A stretch of DNA of 64,000 nt from Gammaproteobacteria bacterium (GTDB lineage: Bacteria > Pseudomonadota > Gammaproteobacteria > Arenicellales > Poriferihabitantaceae). Positions within the stretch are counted from its first letter, which is position 1; each line of letters opens with the position of its first letter. Below the pieces are notes generated by a model that searched no databases, was not told the DNA's origin, and saw nothing but the letters and a program-made list of their open reading frames with translations. Below, one piece after another: positions 19,083-29,571 of this stretch. The DNA is taken from the NCBI GenBank assembly GCA_022822625.1, contig JAJEAV010000057.1:8561-72560 (forward strand). The letters are read 5' to 3'. Made by a program: the position numbers and the translations under genes.

Positions 19083-20968
19083 TTTTCACCCTCAACCAAA
19101 CCATCACCGACATCATAACTGCCCGACTCCCACAAACTCAATTCCTGAATCTTCTGATTCAATTCAGCCTGTCTTGCTTCATCAGTAGTATGGTTAAGGA
19201 TGCTCTGATAAAGCTTCCCTGCATCTGCATACAGATGAGCCGACTCTAAAGACCGGGCAGCATAATACCGGGCCGAAATTCCCCATTGGTCATACCCGTT
19301 GTTTTCAAGCATGGCAGAGTAAAGAAAATAACTCGCTGAAGAAAGATAGTGATGCATCGCCTGATATGTTTCCCCAATCCAGTAGGTCAATTCACGATCC
19401 TGCTTTCGGCTGGCAGTCTTTCCTCGCAACAAGCCCAGTAGCTCAAGCGCATACTCATTCTGTTGAAATTTCTGCAGGTCAAATATCACCGTCAGAATCT
19501 CATCCATTTGTTCAGGGGAAATTTCCGAGCGACTGTTAATCAGTTGCCGGAGTTGCTGGAAACTGGCTGAAAACCGCCCCGCCACCACATATACCCTGGC
19601 TTTTTGAAGCATCCATTTATCCGGGGCAACATTGATGAACGCTGTTTCAGACATGCTGTCGATAGTCTGAACTGCCAATTGTATTTGACTCTGATTAATC
19701 ATCGTGTTGGACAAAAGCAGTACAGTCTCTCCTCCAAGCGACAATTCACCTACCGGAGCATCAGGGCCAAACAGGCTGGACATCAATTCAATACTTCCCG
19801 ACAGAAGCAGGGAGGACACAAGCAGATCACACAATTGCGTTCTTTGAACCTGACCTCGTACACGACTTAGCAGAAAAGACGACAGTGCCTTTCGCTGCAA
19901 CGTCTCCTTATCCGGCAAGGACAAGACAAGCCTGTAGATGCTCGGTATATCATTCTCCAGAAGTTCATGATCACCGATCAATTGAATCGCATAATCCTCG
20001 TATACCTGAAACAGGTCTGACAGGTCAAAAACCGGCAAAGCCCCGTAAGCGGAAGTTCCGGATTCATTTTTGACAATCAAATACTGCTCCAGCTTCTTCA
20101 CGTATTCATCCCTGCCAATCAAGCGGCCAAGATAAGCTTCAACTGCCGCTGCTTCCACCTCAGACAGTCCAGGTCCTAGTTTGCCATCCTCATCCCGGGA
20201 CAAAATGTCATTGAGTCTACGAGATCCCTGTACGGGTGTCACCGATTGGTGGACTAGACGCGCATACAGAGTCAGCAACTTGGCCTTTGGCGAGTTTAAT
20301 GGTGCCAGAATGTTGATTGCTTCGACCGGTTGTCCAAGTTTCAGAAAAACTTCGGCTCGTTGAATCAACCAGTCTTCATCAGAATCACGAAACTCGCGTT
20401 CATAATTGGTCATTGATAATGCGGCTTCTGACAGCAAACCATCAACCAGATAACTTCTGATGATGCGTTTTCGAATCTCTCGGATCGTCTGCACGGAAAG
20501 CCGTGTTGAGACCGTTCGCCTGACCAGTAGGCGTCTTGCTTCAGCACCTCTTGCCTGCTCAAGCAAGGCTCTCACTACCTGATCTAGTGCTTCATTGCGG
20601 ATTGACTCGGGAAATGAGGGGGGAACTTGAGTTGCACGCTCATACAGGTCCTGCCACTTGTTACGATAGGCATACAGGGACCAGATTTGACGTTCCCATG
20701 CCAGCCACTCGTCCGTGGGCAATATTGGCGGGGAACGATTTTCAAGAATTGATTCCGCAAGATCCAGAACATTTGCCTTGATCAGGCTTCTGATCATCCT
20801 CAATTCCGGACTGAGGCCATGCGGATTCCCTTCACTAGGGGTATCCGCAAAAAGCAAAGGGGGCAGAAACAGCCATGCGCCCAATAGCAAACAGGAAAAA
20901 AGGGGGCACGCGCCCTGTTTGATGGGTTTCAGGTTAACCTGCCAACCTCCCGCACCACATTTCGGCAT
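19079..20968 (-). CDS. Hypothetical secreted alpha-helical (TPR-like?) protein, 629 aa
   Basis: Long ORF with an N-terminal hydrophobic signal-like segment (PLFSCLLLGAWLFLPPLLFA) and a helical-repeat-like composition. I recognised no family. It lies 15 nt after rplS and overlaps the xerD start by 4 nt. Confidence 0.6.
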   Translation of the reverse strand: MPKCGAGGWQVNLKPIKQGACPLFSCLLLGAWLFLPPLLFADTPSEGNPHGLSPELRMIRSLIKANVLDLAESILENRSPPILPTDEWLAWERQIWSLYAYRNKWQDLYERATQVPPSFPESIRNEALDQVVRALLEQARGAEARRLLVRRTVSTRLSVQTIREIRKRIIRSYLVDGLLSEAALSMTNYEREFRDSDEDWLIQRAEVFLKLGQPVEAINILAPLNSPKAKLLTLYARLVHQSVTPVQGSRRLNDILSRDEDGKLGPGLSEVEAAAVEAYLGRLIGRDEYVKKLEQYLIVKNESGTSAYGALPVFDLSDLFQVYEDYAIQLIGDHELLENDIPSIYRLVLSLPDKETLQRKALSSFLLSRVRGQVQRTQLCDLLVSSLLLSGSIELMSSLFGPDAPVGELSLGGETVLLLSNTMINQSQIQLAVQTIDSMSETAFINVAPDKWMLQKARVYVVAGRFSASFQQLRQLINSRSEISPEQMDEILTVIFDLQKFQQNEYALELLGLLRGKTASRKQDRELTYWIGETYQAMHHYLSSASYFLYSAMLENNGYDQWGISARYYAARSLESAHLYADAGKLYQSILNHTTDEARQAELNQKIQELSLWESGSYDVGDGLVEGEN

Positions 20969-20983
20969 TGCCAGGAATCACCA

Positions 20984-21334
20984 TCAACGACGAATCTTTT
21001 CCTTGATTCTTGCAGACTTGCCGGAACGGTCCCGGAGATAATAGAGTTTTGCCCTGCGAACATCACCTTGTCTCAAGACCTTGATTTCGCTAATCAGGGG
21101 ACTATGGGTCTGGAAAACCCGTTCAACACCCTCTCCGCTTGCAATCTTGCGCACGGTAAAGGAGGAGTTAAGCCCACGATTGCGTTTTGCAATTACCACG
21201 CCTTCATAAGCCTGTAAACGCTCCCGGTTGCCTTCCTTTACCCGTACCTGAACACGTATCTGGTCACCAGGCCAGAATTCCGGTATATCCGAACGAGCCT
21301 GTTCGGCCTCAATTTCTGTAATAATGTTCTTCAT
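20984..21334 (-). CDS. rplS: 50S ribosomal protein L19
   Basis: Start trimmed to ATG 21334 ([12 protein letters not shown]...) with a GAAGG RBS. Conserved FRPGD-type region ([30 protein letters not shown]). Confidence 0.95.
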   Translation of the reverse strand: MKNIITEIEAEQARSDIPEFWPGDQIRVQVRVKEGNRERLQAYEGVVIAKRNRGLNSSFTVRKIASGEGVERVFQTHSPLISEIKVLRQGDVRRAKLYYLRDRSGKSARIKEKIRR

Positions 21335-21384
21335 AGCATTACCTTCTTCACTAATGATGATTATCAACTGTGTGAAAATCTAGT

Positions 21385-22092
21385 TCATTTTCTTGATTCC
21401 TGCCGATCACGGCTGTGCAGCAGGTCCGGCCTTCTGTTTCGTGTCCAATCAAGTGCCTTTTTATACCTCCAGCGCTGAATCTCCTGATGATTCCCGGATA
21501 ACAGTACCTGCGGCACATCCAGGCCTTCAAATTTTTCGGGTCTGGTGTAGTGCGGACAGTCAAGCATTCCATCACTGAACGAATCCTGCAATGCCGAATC
21601 TTCGTTCCCCAATACACCGGGGAGCAAGCGCACAATTGCATCAAGCACGACCATGGCGGGAAACTCCCCACCTGAAATGACATAATCCCCAATTGAAATT
21701 TCCCGATCTATACGAGTATCAATAATCCTCTCGTCAATTCCTTCATATCGTCCACAAACCAGAATCATTCCGGGCAATTCTGCCAACTCTCGAGCCATCT
21801 TCTGATCAAACCGATCCCCCTGGGGCGACAAATACATGACTGGTCCTTCAACTCTCTGCTTGGCAACATCAATACAGGCGGCAAGGGGCTCCGGCATCAA
21901 AACCATACCCGGCCCGCCACCGTATGGTCGATCATCCACGGTACGCCTGCGGTCTGATGCAAAATCCCGAATATTAAATGACTGCAACTCCAAATTGTCG
22001 GATTCAATCGCTCTCCGAATCGTTCCAAACCCGGTAACCGCATCAAAGATTTCAGGAAAAATGGTTATGACACCGACCTGCACATTACCCAC
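21385..22092 (-). CDS. trmD: tRNA (guanine37-N1)-methyltransferase
   Basis: VITIFPEIF..., [46 protein letters not shown] start; the exact start is uncertain. Confidence 0.95.
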   Translation of the reverse strand: MGNVQVGVITIFPEIFDAVTGFGTIRRAIESDNLELQSFNIRDFASDRRRTVDDRPYGGGPGMVLMPEPLAACIDVAKQRVEGPVMYLSPQGDRFDQKMARELAELPGMILVCGRYEGIDERIIDTRIDREISIGDYVISGGEFPAMVVLDAIVRLLPGVLGNEDSALQDSFSDGMLDCPHYTRPEKFEGLDVPQVLLSGNHQEIQRWRYKKALDWTRNRRPDLLHSRDRQESRK

Positions 22093-22108
22093 CCGGTTTT
22101 GCCTGTCA

Positions 22109-22633
22109 TCATGACAAATAATCCTGTTGCCAGTCTACTACCATCAACTTCTCTTCCAGGTCAACATTTCGAACAACATCAGGAATCCAGGGCACCAGTA
22201 TTTCGGCTTGCCCAGATTGAACAACAACCACATCGTTGGCTCCGGTCTCGATAATCCTGCTTATTGTGCCTAATTCGCCCCCCTGCAAGTTCACTACCGA
22301 TAACCCAATCAAGTGAATCCAGTAATATTCTCCTTCCGATAATTCGTCCAGCTGACCATATTCAATCGCAATATCAACACCAATAACAGGCTCGGCTTCT
22401 TCCCTGGACCTGCATTCCCCAAGCCTGATCAGTAGATTCCGACGTTGCGTCCTGTACTCTTCAATACAAACCTGCTTCCAGGCTCCCCGTCTACCCACCA
22501 AGACAGTCTGATATTCCCTGATCTGCTCACGAGGCCGAGTAAACGACTCTACCTTGACCCAGCCTTTCAAACCATGATGACCAACAATTCGACCGATCAC
22601 TATCGGACCATCTGTCGGTTCAGGATTATTCAA
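22109..22633 (-). CDS. rimM: 16S rRNA processing protein RimM
   Basis: [22 protein letters not shown]..., a C-terminal PRC barrel, and the conserved rpsP-rimM-trmD-rplS order. Confidence 0.9.
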   Translation of the reverse strand: MNNPEPTDGPIVIGRIVGHHGLKGWVKVESFTRPREQIREYQTVLVGRRGAWKQVCIEEYRTQRRNLLIRLGECRSREEAEPVIGVDIAIEYGQLDELSEGEYYWIHLIGLSVVNLQGGELGTISRIIETGANDVVVVQSGQAEILVPWIPDVVRNVDLEEKLMVVDWQQDYLS

Positions 22634-22707
22634 GTCTTTCTAACCGGCATCATAATTGTCGTATTGCGCAAGTCAAAAGTACCGGTTGAATTTTGCTCCT
22701 GTTCCGG

Positions 22708-22974
22708 TCAGGCACCAGATGCTTCTGTTGCCTTGGCACTCTTATACAGTTGATTGACCCGTTCACTCATCTGTGCGCCCTTGGCGAGCCAGTAGTCGAC
22801 TCTTTCCAGATTAAGCACCAATTCGGGGCTTGGGTCGGAATCACTGGACATCGGATTGAAATGACCTACCCGCTCTATAAATCTTCCCTGATTCGACCGA
22901 CGTTGATCTGCCACCTGAACCGTATAAAATGGGCGTTTTTTCGAACCACCGCGGGATAAACGAATTTTTACCAT
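22708..22974 (-). CDS. rpsP: 30S ribosomal protein S16
   Basis: MVKIRLSRGGSKKRPFYTVQVADQRRSNQGRFIERVGHFNP. Confidence 0.95.
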   Translation of the reverse strand: MVKIRLSRGGSKKRPFYTVQVADQRRSNQGRFIERVGHFNPMSSDSDPSPELVLNLERVDYWLAKGAQMSERVNQLYKSAKATEASGA

Positions 22975-23075
22975 GAAGCTTATTCCTGACTAAGCGATTG
23001 TCGATATTAAACGCCTGATTGTAACATATCTGAGTTGTTGATAACTATAAATGGAACTACAAAAATGCAGAAACC

Positions 23076-23346
23076 CGGCAATTCTAATCATGAAGAACAT
23101 TTTCGATAATGTCACGATAATATATTGTTTTATAAAAATGTTTTCCTGTTCGGTTTCAGCGCGAAACAATTTTTGACATTGTCGGTCAAGAAGACAGTGA
23201 CAGCAAAATCAAGAACAAGCGTTCCGAATGACTGGATTTGTTTCGTTTTCTTGCCCAGCGAGGCATCTCGAACAGTTTCCCCGCCTAAACGGAAAAATAG
23301 CCTATAAGATGCTGTAAAAAAACAATCTCCAAAACTAGAATTGCCG
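23076..23346. repeat. MITE-like intergenic repeat, copy B
   Basis: CGGCAATTCTAATCATG ... CAAAACTAGAATTGCCG terminal inverted repeats. It is in the same orientation as copy A (6719..7030) and collinear with it, but lacks the 21-bp duplication. Confidence 0.7.
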
Positions 23347-23440
23347 ACAGGACAAGATGGCAATACAAGTTCTTCTATTGTCATATATAATTTGATTCAG
23401 AGATGGTCGAGACAAGCACTGAATTGTTTGATTCTACTAC

Positions 23441-23470
23441 GAAGAGGCCGCAAATGCGGCTTCTTTTCTG
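23441..23470 (+). terminator. Orphan rho-independent terminator (plus strand)
   Basis: AAGAGGCCGC-AAAT-GCGGCTTCTT forms a 10-bp stem with one G-U pair, and the T-rich run TTCTTTTCT spans the 3' end of the stem and continues past it. No plus-strand gene lies upstream. Confidence 0.6.
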
Positions 23471-23728
23471 CCCTGGATAGAGGTGTTTTTGGCACCTGCT
23501 GTTCTTTCATGTACTGCAATCATCGCCTACCGAGTCCAAGTTATTATCCTCGCTAAACGAACCACTTACGGCTATATTACAAATCGTGAATTGAGTATTG
23601 AATGGCAAGAATCACCCACCGAAGAACTTGATCACCTTGCCTCGAAAACAAGTAAGGATGATTAGGCAAAGATTGCTTCAGATTGGTCCAAAACCAGGCT
23701 TTCTCAACAAGAGACCGGAAATCTTGAA

Positions 23729-24175
23729 ATGATGCAGACTTTCAATGCCAGACCCGCATCACTTGTCTGGATCTTGTCAATATTCATGCTTACCCTGACC
23801 GCGTGTACGGGCCCTCGGGTCGAAGATGCCGAATCGATCAACTCCGATCAGGAGGCTGCAGTACCGTCAGCCCTGTCGCCTGAACCGAAACAAGCCCCTG
23901 CTCAAATTCCCGAAATCCTGCAACAGGCAGAATTTGATCTGGGCCTGGCATTGGAAACCGCTTCCGAGTGGATGATTCATGATGAATCTGTTTCCAGTCA
24001 GCCCGTCAGTCTCTCCGAATTATTGCGGGCTGCCCAACAGCACTATGAAAATGGCAATCACCCTGAAGGTGAACGACTTGCGCTTCTGGTTTCAGAATTT
24101 GCAAGGCTTGTACATGAACAACACATCACGAATCAGAAACACCTGTTCAATGAAAAAAACCTATACAGTCAGTGA
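23729..24175 (+). CDS. Putative lipoprotein (hypothetical)
   Basis: N-terminal signal with lipobox (ILSIFMLTLTAC), followed by a low-complexity acidic/Pro-rich linker. No family recognised. It overlaps the xseA start by 26 nt. Confidence 0.55.
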   Translation: MMQTFNARPASLVWILSIFMLTLTACTGPRVEDAESINSDQEAAVPSALSPEPKQAPAQIPEILQQAEFDLGLALETASEWMIHDESVSSQPVSLSELLRAAQQHYENGNHPEGERLALLVSEFARLVHEQHITNQKHLFNEKNLYSQ

Positions 24176-25460
24176 ACTGAGCCATGCTTTGCGGAGCAGG
24201 ATCGAATCCGACTTCGGATCAATTCGAGTCGAAGGTGAGCTGTCAGCCGTCAAGACATCTGCCGCCGGCCACTACTATCTCTCCATGAAAGAAGAAAACT
24301 GCCTGATTCGCTGTGCATGGTTTAGGAATCGTAGAAGTGCCCACTCAATACAACCGGAAGTAGGCATGCAGGTTATCGTTGAAGGACAGATTTCGTTGTA
24401 TCAGCCTCATGGTGACCTACAGCTCATCATTCGTGACATGCAGGTTTCCGGCGAGGGCGCACTCAGGCTGGCTTTTGAGAAACTCAAGCGAAGACTGGAT
24501 ACAGAAGGACTATTTGATTCCGACAGAAAACAGCCGATACCTGAAATTCCCAAATCTATCGGCTTGATCACATCTCCGACCGGTGCGGTCCTGCATGACA
24601 TGATGGTTACCATCAAAAAGCGATTTCCGGCACTTCGTGTCATCCTGTATCCGGTCACTGTTCAGGGAGAACGGGCTCCGGGCGAGATTGTCCGTATGCT
24701 CGAGACTGCGGACAGAAGAAGTGAAGTGGAGGTCATTGTAGTGGCACGAGGCGGAGGTTCTGCAGAAGACCTTCAAGCATTCAACAACGAACAGGTCGCC
24801 CGATCCATCTCTAATTGCTCTATTCCAGTAATCAGTGCCGTTGGCCACCAGGTTGACATCTCAATCACCGACTTTGTCGCTGACTACTCGGCACCTACGC
24901 CAACCGGAGCTGCAGAACAATTGACCATCGGGGGGTCTAGATTACGTGAGAAAATCCACAATCTGTCTATCAGGCTTTCGGATCTGTCCCGACGATATCT
25001 GGAACAGAAACAACAGACGCTCGACTACCACACAGCACGACTGGTCCGTCCGGACCAAAGGCTGAAACTGTGGCAACAGCACCATCAGCATCTCGCACAG
25101 CGATTGATTGCGAAGATGCAAGGCGAAATCGAGTTGCTTCGATCTCGACTGAATGATTCCGCCTCGATGCTCAGAATCCACTCGCCCATGTCCAGGGTTG
25201 ACCTGCTGCACCAAAAGACCGAGCATTTTCAAGGCACGCTGCAACAGGCGATGCTGAGGAAGCTTGCCGAGTCTGTCAGAAAGGTCGAGCAGCTCCAGGG
25301 ATCAATCAAGATACTGGGGCCTGATACGACTCTCGATCGTGGATATGCGATTGTGTTCAACAAGCACGGAAAGGTCATAACTTCACCCGCCAATATCAAG
25401 ACGGGCGAGGACCTTCAGATCAAGGTCACCAAGGGACAGATTCGGGCAACTGCAAAATAA
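24150..25460 (+). CDS. xseA: Exodeoxyribonuclease VII large subunit
   Basis: Start trimmed to ATG 24150 (MKKTYTVSELSHALRSRIESDFGSIRVEGELS...). OB fold, GLITSPTGAVLHD, RGGGSAEDL, and a long C-terminal coiled coil. Confidence 0.9.
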   Translation: MKKTYTVSELSHALRSRIESDFGSIRVEGELSAVKTSAAGHYYLSMKEENCLIRCAWFRNRRSAHSIQPEVGMQVIVEGQISLYQPHGDLQLIIRDMQVSGEGALRLAFEKLKRRLDTEGLFDSDRKQPIPEIPKSIGLITSPTGAVLHDMMVTIKKRFPALRVILYPVTVQGERAPGEIVRMLETADRRSEVEVIVVARGGGSAEDLQAFNNEQVARSISNCSIPVISAVGHQVDISITDFVADYSAPTPTGAAEQLTIGGSRLREKIHNLSIRLSDLSRRYLEQKQQTLDYHTARLVRPDQRLKLWQQHHQHLAQRLIAKMQGEIELLRSRLNDSASMLRIHSPMSRVDLLHQKTEHFQGTLQQAMLRKLAESVRKVEQLQGSIKILGPDTTLDRGYAIVFNKHGKVITSPANIKTGEDLQIKVTKGQIRATAK

Positions 25461-25476
25461 CCAATGTCCTGATGAT

Positions 25477-26340
25477 TTGATGAATATACCAATCTATCAA
25501 TTGGTCAGGGCTATCGTCCCTGTGCTGCTTTTTCTGGCTCCTGTTCAGGTTTGGCCCGACCTTCCCAAACCACATAGCTTTCCGGGTGGCATTTCGCTGA
25601 TTCCTATTGGAATCCATGAACATAAACCGCAAGTGTTTTTCGGGATTGACCCTGTATTGGTCATTCAGGAAAACGAGGAATGGTTCGCTGTGGTTGGCGT
25701 ACACATGAACATGATTCCGGGGAAATACATGTTGCGAGTTGAACATCCCGAAGACACAACCCCACAACGGTCCACACTGCCGTTTACCATTTATCCACTT
25801 CACTCGAAATACAAGCAACGATCATTTACACTGCCCGAAAAATTCACGCCCGATCAGTTTCTGGGCCTGGGGAATCAGCAGTTAAGAAGCATGTTTGGCA
25901 CGCAGGTTCCTGAATCCGGGCCGACCACTCCTGATTTCAATTTTCAGCATGTGATCAAAAAGGGCAGTTTTCTGCCATTCGGAAAAATATTCTCGCAAGG
26001 CGATAATCAAGACGTGATACTGGAAGATCACCCCAAAATCTCCTATCTGGTCTCTGGTGGTACCATTGCATATGCTCCAGGCAATGGAATAGTTGAAAAC
26101 ATTGTGGGCCGAGGCTCTCCTGACCAAAAGATCGTAATCCGCCACTCAGATCATTTCCGGTCAATCTTGAGTTTCGTGAATAATTCACCACTTGAAGTCG
26201 GAGATCAAGTTGAAGCTGGGGAGCCGGTCGGTACTGCTTCGCTGATTCCGTCAATCGGCACTGGGCGCATTGACTGGTATTTGATGCTAAACAGTGCCGA
26301 AGTTGACCCGCTACTCATGATTGGACCTGCTTCGGAATAA
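25477..26340 (+). CDS. M23/LytM-like peptidase-domain protein (possibly degenerate)
   Basis: Signal-like N-terminus. The C-terminal region (GTIAYAPGNGIVENI...IVIRHSDHFRSILSFVNNSPLEVGDQVEAGEPVGT...IDWYLMLNSAEVDP) follows the M23 beta-barrel pattern. I did not verify the metal ligands. Confidence 0.62.
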   Translation: MMNIPIYQLVRAIVPVLLFLAPVQVWPDLPKPHSFPGGISLIPIGIHEHKPQVFFGIDPVLVIQENEEWFAVVGVHMNMIPGKYMLRVEHPEDTTPQRSTLPFTIYPLHSKYKQRSFTLPEKFTPDQFLGLGNQQLRSMFGTQVPESGPTTPDFNFQHVIKKGSFLPFGKIFSQGDNQDVILEDHPKISYLVSGGTIAYAPGNGIVENIVGRGSPDQKIVIRHSDHFRSILSFVNNSPLEVGDQVEAGEPVGTASLIPSIGTGRIDWYLMLNSAEVDPLLMIGPASE

Positions 26341-26353
26341 GAGTAACTCCGAG

Positions 26354-27712
26354 TTACGGACCGCGACGATGCAAGCCTCTCCTTGTGGGCCGCTTCCCCC
26401 GAAAGGGGTTCTCGCCAACACGAAACTTGATCCTGAAAGAAGTCCCCTGCAATCGAAATGCCCTAGCCAGAAACCTTGACAGATAGCGATGATAAGATTC
26501 AGGCAGCTTATCAACCTGATTGCCATGTATCACAATCTGTGGGGGATTACTCCCAGACTGATGTGCATATTTCAGTTTAATCTGCCGATTGCGATGAGCC
26601 GGGGGAGGTGTGCTGGATATGGCATCATTCAAAATCTGGTTCAAGCTCGAAGTGGAAATCTTTATGAAAGCCGACTCGCGGGCGCGCAAGGCTGCCGGCA
26701 TCAATTGATCGATATGCGTTCCAAACAAAGCTGAAATCTCAAGATGTTCGTAGTCTGGAAGAAACGAAAGCCTCTCACGAACTTCCTGAACAACATTTCT
26801 CTTCCACTGCCTGCTTAATCCATCCCATTTATTCAACACCACAACCAGTGAACGCCCCAGTTCGTTAATCATCCCTGCGATATTCACATCCTGGGTCTGA
26901 ATTCCTCGACTTGCATCAATTACCAATAGCACGGCCTGGCTGATTTCGATCGCCTGCAAGGTCTTGACCACAGAAAACTTTTCAATTCGCTCCTGTACCC
27001 GAGCCTTCTTTCGAATACCTGCCGTATCAATCAATTCATATTCCCTTCCATCAACAATGATTGGTGTGCGAACACAGTCACGAGTAGTACCGGCATGGCC
27101 ACTTACGATCGAACGCCTTTCCCCAGCCAGTTGATTCAAAATGGTCGACTTGCCAACATTAGGGCGACCAATAATCGCGATGCCGGGAGGTCGACTGGAT
27201 TCGTCATACTCGCTTCTGTCAAGCACACTTTCAGTTTGCAGTAATTCAAGGAGTCTGGGAATACCATTACCACGACGGGCCGAGATGGATACGGGCTTGC
27301 CTAGGCCCAATTCTTCAAAGTCAGAACCAGCAAGATGAGGATCCAGCCCTTCTGTCTTGTTGACAACAAGAGTTATCGAGGCTCTTGAGGCACGGAGCAT
27401 TTGAGCGATCTCCCGATCTGGCATCAAAACCCCATCCTGACCATCAACCACGAAACAAACAGCATCGGCTTCAATCAGCAAGAGATCAACCTGGGCCTGA
27501 ATATCGGACGCATACTCTTCCTCGCCTTGAGCAATACCTCCGGAATCCACTACCAGAAAAGAACACCCGGCAAGTCGACAATACCCATATTGCCGGTCAC
27601 GGGTAACCCCGGGCTGATCATCGACCAAGGCGTTTTGTGTGCGAGTCAGACGGTTGAAGAGAGTTGATTTACCAACATTGGCCCGACCAACTAGTGCAAC
27701 AACCGGAAGCAT
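26354..27712 (-). CDS. der: Ribosome-associated GTPase Der (EngA)
   Basis: Two tandem GTPase domains (GRANVGKSTLFN and GRPNVGKSTILN; DSGG/DTAG; NKTE/NKWD) plus a KH-like C-terminus. Start trimmed to MLPVVALVG. Confidence 0.93.
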   Translation of the reverse strand: MLPVVALVGRANVGKSTLFNRLTRTQNALVDDQPGVTRDRQYGYCRLAGCSFLVVDSGGIAQGEEEYASDIQAQVDLLLIEADAVCFVVDGQDGVLMPDREIAQMLRASRASITLVVNKTEGLDPHLAGSDFEELGLGKPVSISARRGNGIPRLLELLQTESVLDRSEYDESSRPPGIAIIGRPNVGKSTILNQLAGERRSIVSGHAGTTRDCVRTPIIVDGREYELIDTAGIRKKARVQERIEKFSVVKTLQAIEISQAVLLVIDASRGIQTQDVNIAGMINELGRSLVVVLNKWDGLSRQWKRNVVQEVRERLSFLPDYEHLEISALFGTHIDQLMPAALRARESAFIKISTSSLNQILNDAISSTPPPAHRNRQIKLKYAHQSGSNPPQIVIHGNQVDKLPESYHRYLSRFLARAFRLQGTSFRIKFRVGENPFRGKRPTRRGLHRRGP

Positions 27713-27742
27713 AAACCCTGACCTCAACCTAATTGAGTCCGA

Positions 27743-28921
27743 TCAATTCTGGATGTCAATCAGTGCCAGTTCGTTTCGTGATGTGTACACTGCTGCCGAT
27801 TGGCCATTTCCGACGATTGCAATGACCGCACCGGAGAACAATTTCTGGGTATCAATCAACTGCCCAGATAGTCGGTCAAGACTGTGTAAGTGACCTTTTG
27901 AATCGCCAATGATGACACGCCCATCCAAAACTGCCGGGGGGCTCATGCCGTGCCCCCGAAACATTTCCTGTTTCCAGACAATATTTCCGGTTTCAATATC
28001 CAGGGCAGTCAATTCCCCCAAATTGGAAACCACGTACAAATTCCTATCCCCCAGAGCCATGGGCAGTCTTGTGGAATACCTGGTTTCCCAAATTGTTTCA
28101 GTGGAATTCAGGTTTATGGACTTCACATACCCGTGAAAGGCGGCTGCATAGACGGTATCCCCACTCAAGACTGGCGGCGAATCAACATCATTAATGCTTT
28201 CAATGTCATTGCGACCACCGATAATGCCGACATCGACTTCCCAGCCAAGTCGCCCGGTTATCGAGTTGCCAATCAATAACTTGCCATTCCCCAGGCCGAC
28301 CAGCATGACATCCTGTTCCAGTGTCGGCTGGGAGTCTCCCTGCATCGTTAATCCCGGTCGCTCGGTCTCAAGGACCCAGCGCTGTTCACCATCATCTGGA
28401 TCAAGACCGATGATGCGCCCATCCGAGGTCCTAATTACTACGGCATCGTCGGAGACTGCGGGAATTGCCGAAATCTGGTATTCGACAGCACTGGCCCATA
28501 TGATCTCGCCAGTATCGACATTCAAGGCCGTAACGTCTCCATTCACATGTCCGACTACTGCAATACTGCCACCGACTCCAACTGCAAAACTGACCGGTGA
28601 GTCAAGGCCAGCCGTCCATTCAACCTGACCTGAGGCCGAATTGATTTTCCGAACATTTCCGGAAGGACTTGCCGCAACCACGCCATCACTGGCAAATGCC
28701 GGTGTCAATTGGGCATATCGCCTCAAGAAATCTCCGGGAAAGTTTCTACGCCATAGAACACTTATCTCGTCGACACCGGTATCCGGTGAGAGTTCAACCG
28801 GCTCGACCGGTTCCTGGAAACGGCCCCACACTGTCGGTTTGGGGACTTTATCCGACGTACATGCTGATAGCAGAAATACCGCACATAACAAGGAAACAAT
28901 TGTTTTTTTCTGCTGATTCAT
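27743..28921 (-). CDS. bamB: Outer-membrane protein assembly factor BamB
   Basis: Lipobox (LLSAC) and repeated PQQ-like beta-propeller motifs. It sits in the conserved hisS-yfgM-bamB-der context. Confidence 0.85.
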   Translation of the reverse strand: MNQQKKTIVSLLCAVFLLSACTSDKVPKPTVWGRFQEPVEPVELSPDTGVDEISVLWRRNFPGDFLRRYAQLTPAFASDGVVAASPSGNVRKINSASGQVEWTAGLDSPVSFAVGVGGSIAVVGHVNGDVTALNVDTGEIIWASAVEYQISAIPAVSDDAVVIRTSDGRIIGLDPDDGEQRWVLETERPGLTMQGDSQPTLEQDVMLVGLGNGKLLIGNSITGRLGWEVDVGIIGGRNDIESINDVDSPPVLSGDTVYAAAFHGYVKSINLNSTETIWETRYSTRLPMALGDRNLYVVSNLGELTALDIETGNIVWKQEMFRGHGMSPPAVLDGRVIIGDSKGHLHSLDRLSGQLIDTQKLFSGAVIAIVGNGQSAAVYTSRNELALIDIQN

Positions 28922-29571
28922 AGGTTATCCAGTTTGGCTCGTACGAATTCCTTTCGATTGAAGTAGTCATTTTCGGCATCCAGGCTGGCCTGATAGGCTT
29001 CTCTGGCCAACTCCATGTCTCCATTCTGGTTGCGCAGTGCATAGGCATCGCCCAGCAATTCCTGATAGCGTGATTGAAACACATCCTTGTCTGTCTCGAC
29101 AATCAGCCCCAAAGTCTCATCATGTTCTCCCATTGACAACATGACCGCAGATAAACGCAATCTTGCGATATGGGTGATTTTTGTATCGCCTGATTGCTCA
29201 ACAGCCCAGCGGAGTTCAGTGGCGGCCTCATCCATCCTGTCTTCCTCAATCAACAGCTTGGCCATCAACATGGCCGCTAGTTGGGAATAAATCAAAGAGG
29301 AATATTCATTCTTTAGCGTCTCCAGTTCTTTCCTTGCGGAGTCCGCATCCTCACTGTTCAGAACCTGCTCGTATAATAAAGAGGCCGACTCCGAATTCTG
29401 TGCCTGGGAGTGTTGCCAATAGTTGAAGCCACCAATACCGGCAAACCCCAGGGCAACCGCAACCACGACAGGCTTGCCCCACTCATGCCACAATACCTTG
29501 GCCCGAGCAAGATCATCGTCATCAGCCAGCTTCAGCTCTTCAATTCTTGATATGGATTTTTTCTTGTTCAA
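28918..29571 (-). CDS. YfgM-family membrane-anchored TPR-like protein
   Basis: N-terminal TM segment (VVVAVALGFAGIGGFNYW) followed by a TPR-like helical domain. It occupies the conserved position between hisS and bamB and overlaps the hisS 3' end by 32 nt. Confidence 0.7.
   Translation of the reverse strand: MNKKKSISRIEELKLADDDDLARAKVLWHEWGKPVVVAVALGFAGIGGFNYWQHSQAQNSESASLLYEQVLNSEDADSARKELETLKNEYSSLIYSQLAAMLMAKLLIEEDRMDEAATELRWAVEQSGDTKITHIARLRLSAVMLSMGEHDETLGLIVETDKDVFQSRYQELLGDAYALRNQNGDMELAREAYQASLDAENDYFNRKEFVRAKLDNL

Noticed and set aside
18099-20983. dif-like site near xerD/ftsK
   Set aside because: I noticed no sequence resembling the gammaproteobacterial dif consensus (GGTGCGCATAATGTATATTATGTTAAAT-like) here or elsewhere in the window.
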